Positions 50,301 to 61,056 of a stretch of DNA of 64,000 nucleotides are shown piece by piece (positions within the stretch are counted from its first letter, which is position 1; each line of letters starts with the position of its first letter). Position numbers and translations under genes: made by a program. This DNA comes from Moniliella sp. 'wahieum'. Taxonomy: Eukaryota. The notes beneath the pieces are model-generated. The model was not told the origin of the DNA, did not search any database, and worked only from the letters and a program-made list of their open reading frames with translations. The stretch is taken from assembly GCA_003971905.1 (NCBI GenBank), contig RSEE01000070.1, forward strand, positions 62,001 through 126,000, read 5' to 3'.

Positions 50301-50954
50301 AGATGGGTACCAACCCCCAGTAGATGGCAGTATGACAGACGTTCCAGAGCACATTGTCTCTCTGTGGGGGTAATTCTCTCTCAAACACCTATAACGAAGT
50401 AGGAGCAATGCGATACGGAACCTTACTACGGTGAACCGCCTGTGACCTGTGGTTATTACGGTCATGACGAGCCACGATCCCCTTCGGCATTTATATACTG
50501 GCTTTTTGATGGTTCCCACCGCGGGGCATGCACTTCAAACGAAGACACATCTTGGTAAATGATGACCTTCTCTTGTCTGCCCTACAACAATCTTCGTAGC
50601 CGCATGACACACATGTGCATTTCATTCGTAATGAAACCGTCAAGCTGTGAATTGTACAGAACCGAAAGGCAACGCCTAAAAGAAAAGACTTAACTTGTTT
50701 TTTCTGTCTCTCGAAGGTCGACGGACACAGTACCAAAGTGGAAGTTTTCACCTCCGTCACCGCCGTTCCGGCTCGCATCTTGTGGCGTACCCGAGAAAAA
50801 TGTCAGAGTATATGGAGACGCGGAAGAAATATGAGGTGTGTACTCGTCATCAATGATAGTAGAAAATATAGAAACGAGGCATATACAGTGTGTTCCTCGC
50901 ACAACGGTGTGGAGGGGATCACAGGTCGAGTCTGACCCTGGTATAGTTATCGTC

Positions 50955-51531
50955 GGGAGAACGTGAACAGGTAGACGACTGGGGGAAACATGTCATGTCT
51001 ATAGAATAGATCAGGGGATCTCTCAGCATTTAGCCCACCTGCATGGTAACGACGTGTAACGAGGGGTGAGAGGCCTGTGAGATCTGTGAGAGCCTACTGA
51101 CAAAGGCTGAGCTTATATTTGTCTTTCGTACCTATAGACACAGACTGTAGAGTGAACGAGAAAGGAAAAGATGCGGATCCACACGTCATATATATAGCTG
51201 CGTACGCGATATATACATAAGGTTCAAAAACAACAAAGAGAATAAGAAACGAGGCGATCGACGGATAATAAGGTTCAACATAGCCGAGAAGAGAACAGAA
51301 ATAAGGAAAGGAGCGATCGACTGCGGAGACCGATCAGCCAAAGACGAGCAGATTGGGCCCAGCAATCGACACCGATGCCGATGCCATCTCCACGTCCAAC
51401 CCAACAGGCGTCATCGACTCCGATGCCGGTGCCATCTCAACGTCCCCGTCGCCGTCAAGGGACAAGGCGGAGAGCTTCTCGGCAAGTTCGTCGATTATCA
51501 TGGGCAGGGCGGCACTGCCTCGGTACCAAGC
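50955..51531 (-). repeat. Inverted repeat arm A (left): 3' end and 3' flank of the repeat-protein gene
   Basis: Reverse complement aligns by eye with 56125-56825, e.g. ctctccgccttgtcccttgacggcgac, gctatgttgaacctta, ctctcacagatctcacaggcctctc, cccctgatc.attctatagaca. Confidence 0.9.
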
Positions 51532-54012
51532 ACCGGGGCGGGAACCATGTCGGTATCGTCCTCGTTGCAAAGAAGGAATGAGGCGGAAGCCATCTCGGTA
51601 TCATCCTCATCGTCAACGAGGTGTCAAAGAGCATATCAGTGTCTTCATCCGTTGCCACGATGTGTGCCGCTGTCACAGTACCCGTGTGCGTGGGCCGCTG
51701 CCACTGAGGTGGAAGAGGAACCAACTCCAAGGCCGGAATGTGGGGGGCAAAGGTGAATGCTTCTGGCACGCCCGGAGCCTGGCCGAAGCAAGATTCTCCA
51801 CCAGAATTGGGTACATGATCGACCTCCATCCACTGGGCTGGATGAAGATGAGGGGAATGTGCCGGCGGATGCGCGTATACCTGTGGTATTATCGCGTGCG
51901 CCGGAGCTGCCACGGTCTCGGCGGGTGTTGCTCTGACAGTACCCGGATCCATGGGCCGCCGCCACTGAGGGGGAAGAGGAACCGAAGCCAACGACGGAAT
52001 GTTGGGCGCAAAGGTGATTGCTTGAGGATCGCCTGTTGCTGGGCTTGCCGATGAGCCAGAAAGCGGCGCGCGGACGACCCTCCTACTGCCAAAGCGAGAG
52101 GGAGTGATCACGAGCGGAGTTGCGGCTACACCGGCATTCCTTTTCGCTCGCTTCGCATCAGGTTCAGACTGAGGCTCATCTTCGTCGTCCACATGTGGCC
52201 TCTTCTTGATAACCAACCCTGCGGATGGCACCTGGCTCCCGAGGTGCGCTGGGAGAAGGGTTGAGCCAGATGTAGCCGGAAGAAGCGGACCTGGAACGCA
52301 CGATTGGCTGACCTCTGGGATGGAGGGTGCCACGGCCGGCGCCCAACAACCGTCAGACCTTGTTCTGGGGTCGTACCCGTGTATCTGGGCCACTGCAAGT
52401 GAGGCGAAAGAGAACCGAATGTCCATTCCGGACCGTCAGGGGGAAATGCGGAAGCTTGAGGATGGCCCGTTGCTTGGCTTGAAGAAGGGCTTGGGTGTGG
52501 AGGGCGATCGACACCCTTACCCTTATTGTCACGCAAACCAGTTCCTTCGCTAAAAGAAGGGCCAACAAGGGATGGGACGCGCTCAACGCTCTTGTCCATG
52601 TCAGGCAACCCCGTTGGGATGCTGGACGACGGAGTGAGAAGCGGAGCGCGGTCGACGCCCTTGCCCTTGTCTCGTACCCCCGTTGGTTGGCTAAACGAAG
52701 GGTCGACGAGCGGTGGGACGCTGCGCTCAATACTCTTGCCCTTGTCGCACACGCCCGTTGGGAGGCTGGACGACGGGCTGAGAAGCGGAGCGCGGTCGAC
52801 ACCCTTGCCCTGGGCCGTGTACGCCCATTGGTAGGGGAAACGCAAATGGGCTAGGGCGAGGTACGCCGTCGACGCCCTCGCCTTGTCACAGCGAGAGGGG
52901 ATGATGTCGTCCGAAGGGGCGATTACATCGTTATTCCTCTTGGCCTGCTTCACAATAGTCTGAGGCTCATCGTCGTCTCCTCCCGGGACCTCTTTTTGAT
53001 AATCGAGCGTCTTGGATACACCTTGCTCCTGGGATCTTCATGGACGGCTCCGACCTGTACAGCCGGAGCAAGTGGAGCCTCAGCTGGAACGTCCGATTGG
53101 CTGACCTCTGGGATGGGGGGTGCCACGGACGGGCAGTCAACGACCGTAACATCTTTTTCGGGTGGCGTGCCCGTGTCTTTAGGTCGCTGCAAGTGAGGTG
53201 AAAGGGGCCCGAATTCCCAGGCCGGATCATTGGGGACAGCGGCGGTTGTTTGAGGTTGGCCCGCTTCTTGGCTTGAAGAGGGGCTTGGAAATGGAAGGCG
53301 ATCGACTTTCTTATTACCCTTGCCTGAGCGAGAGGAAGGAATCCCGGGCGGAGGTGCGGCTTTACCGTCATTCCTCTTGATCCGCTTCACAACAGGCCGG
53401 GGCTCATCTTCGTCTTGATCGCGTGGCCTCTTCTTGAGAATCGATCGTGTTGGATACATCACCTTGCCCGTCGGGTGATCCGGCAGAAGGGTGGAGCCAG
53501 ATATAGCCGGAGGAAGGGGAACTTCAATTGGCATGTTCCATTGACTGACCTCTGGGATGGGGTGTACCCCATCCCGATGGCCAACCCCAGTCACATCTCC
53601 CGGCACCTGAATTTGAGTGCGGGAGCGGACTCGTATCGCTGGGGCGATCGGAGCATTGGATCGAAGGCTGGCAGATAATAACTGTTTGACACCGCGTTTA
53701 GGGGGCTGGAGGATGACGGAAAGAGATTTGTGGTCAGCGCAATCCTGGGGGATCACCGAAGGACGTGAGGATAACGAAGTCCTTACCCTGCTTGGGCTAG
53801 CGTGACGACGGGCGTGTGGGCGCTCTTGCTGATGAGACAAAGGGGCTACGGGTGGCAGGTGAGGCTGATGGTCGGTAGGTGGCTGCTGGGTCGGACCAGG
53901 GACAGAATCCGGGCTGTTGGATCGGGACGCAGCCGTGTGCTCCACTTGCTTGTCCTGCTGGCTCTGCTCATTGTTGGGGTATTGAGACGGAGGAGCGTTG
54001 TTCTCACTCATG
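51334..54012 (-). CDS. Orphan Pro/Ser-rich protein with nested internal repeats and three bipartite-NLS-like modules
   Basis: Chain of overlapping ORFs 52950..54200, 52126..52953, 51455..52426 and 51334..51570 that share repeat units (PIPEVSQ, KKR..DEP..KxxKRN, DKGKGVDR); likely ATG at 54012 (MSENNAPP) after a CA/CT-rich leader. Confidence 0.7.
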
Positions 54013-54574
54013 ATGCAGAGTGTGTGGGGGCGATGAGGCGGTGGCGAGATGGTATAGGCGGTGTGTGGCGGATAGTGGTGAGTGCGAAAGAGGTGGCGCG
54101 ACGGAGGTGGGGGTAGGGAGAGAGGTGAGATGGATATGGCGCGTGCTATACAATGTATCTGTGCTCTCTGTCGATGGACACAGATTGCCATCCGTGGCAT
54201 ATGTCTTGCATCTGACAGTTACGGAGGCATCCCCATTATGCACTTCGCTAGTCTCTATCATGGTAAGGCGAAGCAGTTAGTAGGTGCCAACGAAGGCATC
54301 TGAATACATAGTGCGTTCGACGTCAAGGAGCGTCTGTCTTTACAACAGTAGGAGTGACTTGTGCGCTCCGCAGAGTGGCCAAGTGACCAGCACTGCTGAA
54401 GAGCTCTGGACACCCGCTTTTTTTTGGTCGCCACGGATGCAATTTGGCCCCACGGATGTTGTGCTTGTCTGGCAGAATCAAGACATCGATATTACATCGA
54501 TATTATGCGGGCGAGAGGGAGGTGTGTCCGTGCTTTTCCTCGTCTCTCTCTTGTGCATATACTCAGTAGGCTAA

Positions 54575-54738
54575 ACAAGATCTAAGAAAAATATGTCAAC
54601 ATTGTGCGGCACAAGCCCTGTGTTGCTTGCGCACGGTGTGTTCGCTGCCCCGTCTGTCGCGTTGTTAGCCCTGGGGTTTTGCTGGCTGCTCTCTCCCAAT
54701 CAAACTTATTTGCCGCACACACGCCCTGCTCACCGCGA
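54575..54738 (-). repeat. Inverted repeat arm B (left): upstream region of the repeat-protein gene
   Basis: Reverse complement of 55925-56090: tgtcaaca.tgtgc...acaagccctgtgttgct.gcgcacggtgtgttcgctgccccgtctgtc ... aatcaaactt.tttgccgcaca.acgccct.ctcac. Confidence 0.9.
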
Positions 54739-55924
54739 TCAGTTCGCGAAGCGTGAAGGTGTTGGGTGGTGTGGTCATCCGGTCATCATTCTCCGGTCGC
54801 AAAAAAACGGGAAAGCTTCAAGTACGGTGTGATGTGATTAAGAAAGTAGGGTGGGATCGGTGTGTGATGGGGTCCTGCCTGTGCCTTCCTGCAACACGCA
54901 ACACTATGGGCTGGGCATTGGCTGATGTGTGTCGTCTGGGCGCAGAAGTGTGGTCACTAACAACAGATATATAGCAGTCCGTGCACAATAAGCCACTGTC
55001 ATAAGTATCTACTGCCTTGGCTCCAGCCACTGTCGCGCCTGCCTTCTTCCATTGTGGCATTTATCGAGACGAACGTTGTCACAGGCCTAGCTAGCGATGC
55101 TGGCGATGAGGGATGGAGATGGCGGTGCACTGTGTGCATCGGGCCACGTGTCACTGAAGGCCGATGGGCTCTAGACCACTGATGCTCAACAAACGCGGCA
55201 TGTATCTTGCACAGAGACAGGGAGGAGCTAGCCAAAGTCCTGACGAAGTCGCACATGTCGTGTGCCACCACGAGCGACGAGGGGGCAGCCAGATTGTCCG
55301 CAGTCTGGGGGCGAAAAAGATAGCAGGGACAAACGAGGGCCAAGGGCATCTCAACTATCTGCAACAAGGAGTGCGTTCGGACTAACCTGAGACCCGATCT
55401 GTGAAGCGGGCATAAGGGTCTTCTGTACTCGGCTTAATACTGTGACATGCGACCGATGAGTCTGGTGACCGATGATATGCTGCCGCACACCCAGGGGTAT
55501 GGCATGGCGCCTCTGTCGTCTGCTGTGTACAGGCCGTCAAACGCATTTTGTTAGTCGACACGGCTGCATTGGGGCCCCACACGGAGCACAGAATCAATTC
55601 ACCGATGCAGGTGAAGGCCGAAGGAGGATGCGCCCTCCCTACTATCACACACCGACTATACACCCCACTTTCTATCACAGATCGTACGCTACTTACTCAT
55701 ATCACACGGTACTTTACGCGTTCCCGTTGGTGTATTGAACCGGAGAACGATGACCACCACACCCTCCAACACCTTCACATTTCTTCGCACAGGGGGAAGC
55801 AAAACAGGGAGGCGGAGAAGCAGAACTGCATTATACGGGATTTTGTCATGATGCAGCGCACCTCATCCAGAGGATGGTCGAAGAAAATACGAGGCCGCGG
55901 GGAGATGATGGGGATGGAGAGAGG

Positions 55925-56090
55925 CGACGCGGTGTGAGTAGGGCGTCTGTGCGGCAAACAAGTTTGATTGTGAGCAGCTAGCCGAAGCTTCAGCGCCAGC
56001 AATATGACAGACGGGGCAGCGAACACACCGTGCGCGAGCAACACAGGGCTTGTACTGCACATTGTTGACATCGCCTTTAAATAGATCTCT
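55925..56090 (+). repeat. Inverted repeat arm B' (right)
   Basis: Matches 54575-54738 in reverse orientation; the ORF track shows the same antisense peptide MSTxCxTSPVLLAHGVFAAPSV in both. Confidence 0.9.
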
Positions 56091-56098
56091 TTTCGCTG

Positions 56099-56583
56099 AT
56101 GAAAACGTATAGTTTTGCCTTGTTCCTTGGTACCGTGGCAGTGCCGCTGCAGCCGGTACAGTACAATGCTGCTGTCCAGCCTATTGCCATTGATGGTAGT
56201 CAGACCCCCATGACAATAGACGGACTTGCCGAGATGCTCTCCGCCTTGTCCCTTGACGGCGACGCGACGAGGATGTTGAGATGGCACCGGCATCGGAGTC
56301 AATGAAGCCCGCTGGGTTGGACGTGGATATGTCACCGGCATCGCAACTGGTGAAACCTGGCGGGATGGACATGGGGATGACACCTGCATCGGTGCCGATT
56401 GCTGGGCCCATTCGGCTCGTCTTAGATCAGCGGTCCCCGCCGTCGATCGCTCCCTTGCTTATTTCTGTTCTCTTTTTGGCTATGTTGAACCTTATCCGTC
56501 GATCGGATCTTTTCTTAGATCTTATGTCTCTTTTCCGTTTGTTGAACCTTACATCTCTTTCGTGTACGCAGCTGTATGTATGA
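56099..56583 (+). pseudogene. Internally deleted paralog (or mini-gene) of the 51334-54012 gene
   Basis: PMTIDGLAEMLSALSLDGD..EMAPASESMKPAGLDVDMSPAS..VPIAGP versus PMIIDELAEKLSALSLDGDGDVEMAPASESMTPVGLDVEMASASVSIAGP; about 3 kb of the left copy has no counterpart. Confidence 0.65.
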
Positions 56584-56825
56584 CGTGTGAATCCGCACGG
56601 TTAATTCCTTTCTCGTTTATTGCTCTGTCAGATAGTCAATGTCTACAGGTATACGAAAGGGTAGTGTACGCTCGACCGTTGCCATCAGGCTCTCACAGAT
56701 CTCACAGGCCTCTCCTCTCGTTGCACGTAGTCACCAGGTGGGCTGAATATTGAATGTTGAGAGCTCCCCTGATCGATTCTATAGACACCCATATTTCCCC
56801 AGTCATCTATACGTTCGCACGTTTT
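56125..56825 (+). repeat. Inverted repeat arm A' (right)
   Basis: Diverged reverse-complement match to 50955-51531. Confidence 0.9.
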
Positions 56826-57376
56826 TCGGGGGTGACTCCCCGGCTACCGGACGTTACACTCGGCGGCACAGCAAAAGGCAGGCGGCCGCAGAATGTTTTG
56901 TCATGATGCAACACTACACTCTCAAGAGGAGAGGCCACGGCGAGCAGGTGATGTGAGAATAGAGAGCGGGGCGATGGGCAGAGGACGTGGGCGGTAAACA
57001 AAAGTCTGATTGGCCGATGAACTCGATGAAGAGCACTGACGTACTGACACTAGATTCGCTTTAAGGCAAACAAAGCTATTTCTGCGGCGGACGCGACTTG
57101 AATCTTGTGCTTGACGCCCATACCTGCCGCGCTTGTGCTCCTTGCAACGGAGTACCGACGTGGATTGAAATTTTGGTGTACTACTTCAACGCGTTAATAC
57201 ACGTTGCCCCCCGCATCCAGTATCGATCAAGACCTCGCTCTGATATGCATTGACACGTGCCATGCCGAAGCTCACGTCAGCCCCGCAGCCTGGCATAGGC
57301 TGGGCAGCGTCAGTAGGCGCATCAGCCTCCCATCCCTTCCCATCCCGTTTGTCCAGGAGAAACGCCCCTCGGAGCC

Positions 57377-58485
57377 ATGACGCCGCCTTCGCCAAACGCT
57401 GGTCCCGCCCGTTCACCCCAGCAATCATCCCGGGACACCACCCCTAACGCCCCTTCACCCGGTGCCCCGTCCCGCTACTCTCAGTCCCCCCAGCTCAACA
57501 AGCGGCGTGCCTCGGCCGCACGTGCCTCCCCGCCCCCCCGCACCGAGCGACGCAGCCGGAATGAGTCTCGTGATTGGAACGGTCATGATCGGAACGACGC
57601 CCCGAGGCGGGATCCTTACAGGCGCTCCCGCATGCTCGAGGACGGCCGTAACCAAACTTATTATGGCAGGCCTCGTGAAGGGCGCAAATCGGGCGGCGAG
57701 TTGGAGGGCAGAGCCCGTGGCTCGCCTTCGTACCAAGACCCTTCCAAAGTACGTTTCGTAGGGCCCCAGATCTACCCATCATTCCCATGTTTCCATGCCA
57801 GTCTCGGCTGAGTCGACGATCGGAGCACGCCTACCTACTTTAAAGACCAGTATAACCCAAACTGGATATTGACACTTCTCAACTTTGTGCGCTCTGCCCT
57901 CGGTTTGATGTATCGTACCAGATGCGACCTCCTCCTGAGGAACAGACCACAAGGAGGCGAGTACTTGAGTTGGCCCAGCAACTGGCCGAGGGCGAAGCAG
58001 CCCTCGAGACGTTGATCGAGCAAAAGCGACGTCTGAGTAGTTTCTTTGTGACCCCTGTCAATGCGGAGCCTGCTCCAATCCGCAAAGAGGACAAAGACAC
58101 CACCCTTGCCCGCCCGCTTTGGCCACCTTCGGCTGGAGACCGTTTGAACCCCAGCGTCCCCGCCAGTATCTCTCCCGACGTGGTCCATGGCCAGATCGAT
58201 TTCTTGATTGGAAACCAGACCGTAACTGACTGCGAAGCTGCCACGTTCCCCATTTACTTTCTGCCGAAGGTCATGCTCCCCGAGCAGGATGACCTCCTGG
58301 AGGATCAAGAGCGTGCCTGTGATGAAGCCATCAATGACGCCAGTGAAGAGTGGAAAGCCAAAGCGGCCTCGCTGCAACTGGAGCTGGATGAGTTGATGAG
58401 CCAGCTGAGTGCCAAGCGCCGGCGGTCGGAATCCCCGCGTCGCCCACCACCACCGGTGGAGCATTCCCCCGCGTCGGGCGAGTGA
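57377..58485 (+). CDS. Hypothetical protein (Arg/Ser-rich N-terminus, coiled-coil C-terminus)
   Basis: ORFs 57377..57811 and 57922..58485, GTACGT donor at ~57749, heptad-like segments RVLELAQQLAEGEAALETLIEQKRRL and WKAKAASLQLELDELMSQL. Confidence 0.6.
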
Positions 58486-58958
58486 ATAAGCTGCCGCCTG
58501 TTGTCTAGATACGCAGCGTGGGAGACATGTGTGTTTCGCTTCTTCTATGATGTTGGAGCGCGCAGCTGGTTATTGGCTGTCAAGATGCACTGATTGGTGC
58601 CGTTGAGCCGCTTGTTGCCGCGCCAGCACTTGCGCGCCGCCCATTCAAATCCAATGGGCATATGGTCCTCTTTCATTCCCATCTTCACGCGCGGAAAAAG
58701 GAAGAGGATGTGCAGTCCTTCCGATTTCACATTGGAAGTCAGACGCTGGAGATGTCGATGGCGTGGGCAGAGCCGGTGGCTGATAGGGAGCGGCGTGGAT
58801 TAATAGCATCGCAAGAGGGTAGCTGGACAAAATGCGGGTGAGCGACTGCTCTGTGAAAGTATCAATTTCTTGGCCACTCGACTCCTTTTCATTGTTAGCA
58901 ACAGGCTTTGGGCGGCAGCTCACACATCGGCCATTCCACAGGCCTCACTCTCACCATC

Positions 58959-59289
58959 ATGGCGACGATCCGCATTGACACGCACCTCACGGTGCCCGCA
59001 GGGACCGACACGCAGGACGCCCCACCTGCTCAAACAAACATGAGCATTCCAGTTGCCTCCTTGACTCGATGCCATTGCCGACGCCCTGGACCAGGCCCGG
59101 AGCCAAGTCAACACGTACACGACCCAGTGGAAGGACATCCTAGGCCCAGCGGAGGCCAAACAACAGAACCAGCGCAAGGCTGATCTGAAAAAGAACCCTC
59201 GCCCTCAGACTTCCTATCCAGATGGCGACGATGCCGGGGAAGAGGAGGAGGAGGAAGAGGACCAAGATGAGGAAGAAGAGCAAGAATAG
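58959..59289 (+). CDS. Small acidic protein, possibly the EKC/KEOPS subunit Gon7
   Basis: MATIRIDTHLTVPAGT..MSIPV, then after a frameshift DAIADALDQARSQVNTYTTQWKDILGPAEAK..GEEEEEEEDQDEEEEQE*; about 110 aa with two strands, a helix and an acidic tail as in Gon7 (recognised by eye only). Confidence 0.45.
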
Positions 59290-59800
59290 GACCCCAAACG
59301 CTGACGCAATTGCTCGCCTTGTCCTTCTCTTCACTGTCCCTGCTGTACAACCTACTGGATCGGGATCTAATTTGAATTTTTGGCCCCACCTTCGCTATAC
59401 CCATGGGGATTGAGCAGCTGAAGTATATCTCACAACCTCAGCTGGCGTACGCATTCCCGGCCAATGTTTGCAGTGCCGTTATGCCATCCAGGTGGCATCT
59501 TGGTCCCCAGATCCATCGATCCCCTCTCCAACGCTTTATACAAGAGAACAAGGTGTTATGAAATGGATCTACAGCACCCGAAATGCCGTTTGGAGAGGTA
59601 TGCATGTGATAGGCATAGAGAAGCAGCGAGTCCCACACGGCACAAAAAGGAACGAGCCGAACAAGGAACACCCACAGGACGTGGCAAGTAGAACCACAGA
59701 ACCAGGAGGGAATGCAATCCCTCGGGTCGGCAAGCGGTTCCTGCGCCGGACGTCATTTTGGAATGGCCCAAACTGCAAGCACTGTCCCGCAAGCAGAGAT

Positions 59801-60255
59801 TTAGGCCTTCATCCAACGTCACCCTCGGCGTCCGCCACGGGCTTGCCCGACTTGCGGGAAATGATCAGCTTACGGCTCTTGTCCAGCTTGAGCTTGGTGA
59901 TCACCACGTTCGAAGCCGCCACAGGGATGGGCACAGTCTGCTCCTTGGCCTTCTCACGCTCCACGCGGTCAACGTGGGAGACCATTCTTACGGTACACCT
60001 GGGTCACACGGCCTCAGCACCCTTCTGGAGCCGCGGACGATTTGAACCTCGTCGCCCTTGACGATAGGCATGGAGCGGATCTGTCCAGGTCGGAAAAGTT
60101 AGTTTCACCCTCGCTCCCCACAGCAGCAGACAGAACACGTACGCCGTGCTCAGCGCGCAGCTCCTTGCTCAGGGCGAGCTCATGAGCTTGCGGCGCAGGT
60201 GCGCCGGGGCACTAAGTTGGATCTTGCGGTTGGTACGGCGGCTGGACGAAACCAT
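59801..60255 (-). CDS. RPL26: 60S ribosomal protein L26 (uL24)
   Basis: MVSSSRRTNRKIQLSAPAHLRRKLMSS-LSKELRAEHG, intron 60142-60081 (GTACGT..CTAAC..CAG), IRSMPIVKGDEVQIVRG..GRVTQVYRK..ASNVVITKLKLDKSRK. Confidence 0.95.
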
Positions 60256-60347
60256 CTTGGCGGGGCGGCGTTGGCGGGTGCGGAGTCCGGGAGCTTCGTG
60301 GTCGCGGGTGGGTTGATGGCCATCATGGCGGCTGCCGACAACGCCAG

Positions 60348-60431
60348 TAGGGTTAGAGCGAGCTGCGGCGTATATAAATAGGGTTAGATGGAAGATGCTG
60401 GCAGACGGGCACTCTTGTTGGGATAGGGTTA
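60348..60431 (-). promoter_or_regulatory. Three telomere-like TAACCCTA boxes plus a TATA element in the RPL26 promoter
   Basis: TAGGGTTA on the + strand at 60348, 60379 and 60424; TATTTATATA on the - strand at 60371-60380. Confidence 0.55.
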
Positions 60432-61056
60432 CTGGCCTGCTTTTAGCTTGCATCGGCTTGGGCAAGTTGAAATTACGCACGCGGAGCTGTCTGGGCCAAA
60501 CGCACCAAGAAACTCCCCGGCGGCAACAGGCTGCAACACCCGTAGGCCTCCTCAGGGCCTCAGGCCTGCACGCCACCCACGGACGCTCAGGCTCAGACTG
60601 AACGCTGATGCATAGCTGATGGATGATGGATGCAATTTTGTGGAGGGACGCTCCACCCTTGGAAGCATCGTCGCCCCCAAGTAGTGACGTCACGTCGCTG
60701 CGCCATGTAGAGCCTCTGATTATCATCTCTTCCACCAGTTCTTCTCTCTAACGTAGATGTCGGCATTTGTGGTCCTCCTTCCGCACCAGTGGTTGGCTTA
60801 AGCATACTGTCGCCAACCCCATTGGCGCTTGAACAGGTCGGCATCAAATCCCCCGGCCAGTACATCTGCAATCCTGCTGGAGGGACGAGGCCACCGTCAT
60901 TTGGAAGAGCAGCACAATATGAAATGTGAAATCGAAAGCGGAGATGTCGCTCCGGAAAAACCTGTGTTGTGTTCGGAGTATCGACGACTCAGGCGCTCCG
61001 AGTGCTGGTGGAGCTTAGACAACTCCTTCCAAAAACCCCTTCCTCTCCACACCACC

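Noticed and set aside
50955..56825. Autonomous DNA transposon bounded by terminal inverted repeats
   Set aside because: No transposase, DDE or recombinase motif and no TSD seen; the arms correspond to a gene's 3' end and upstream region.
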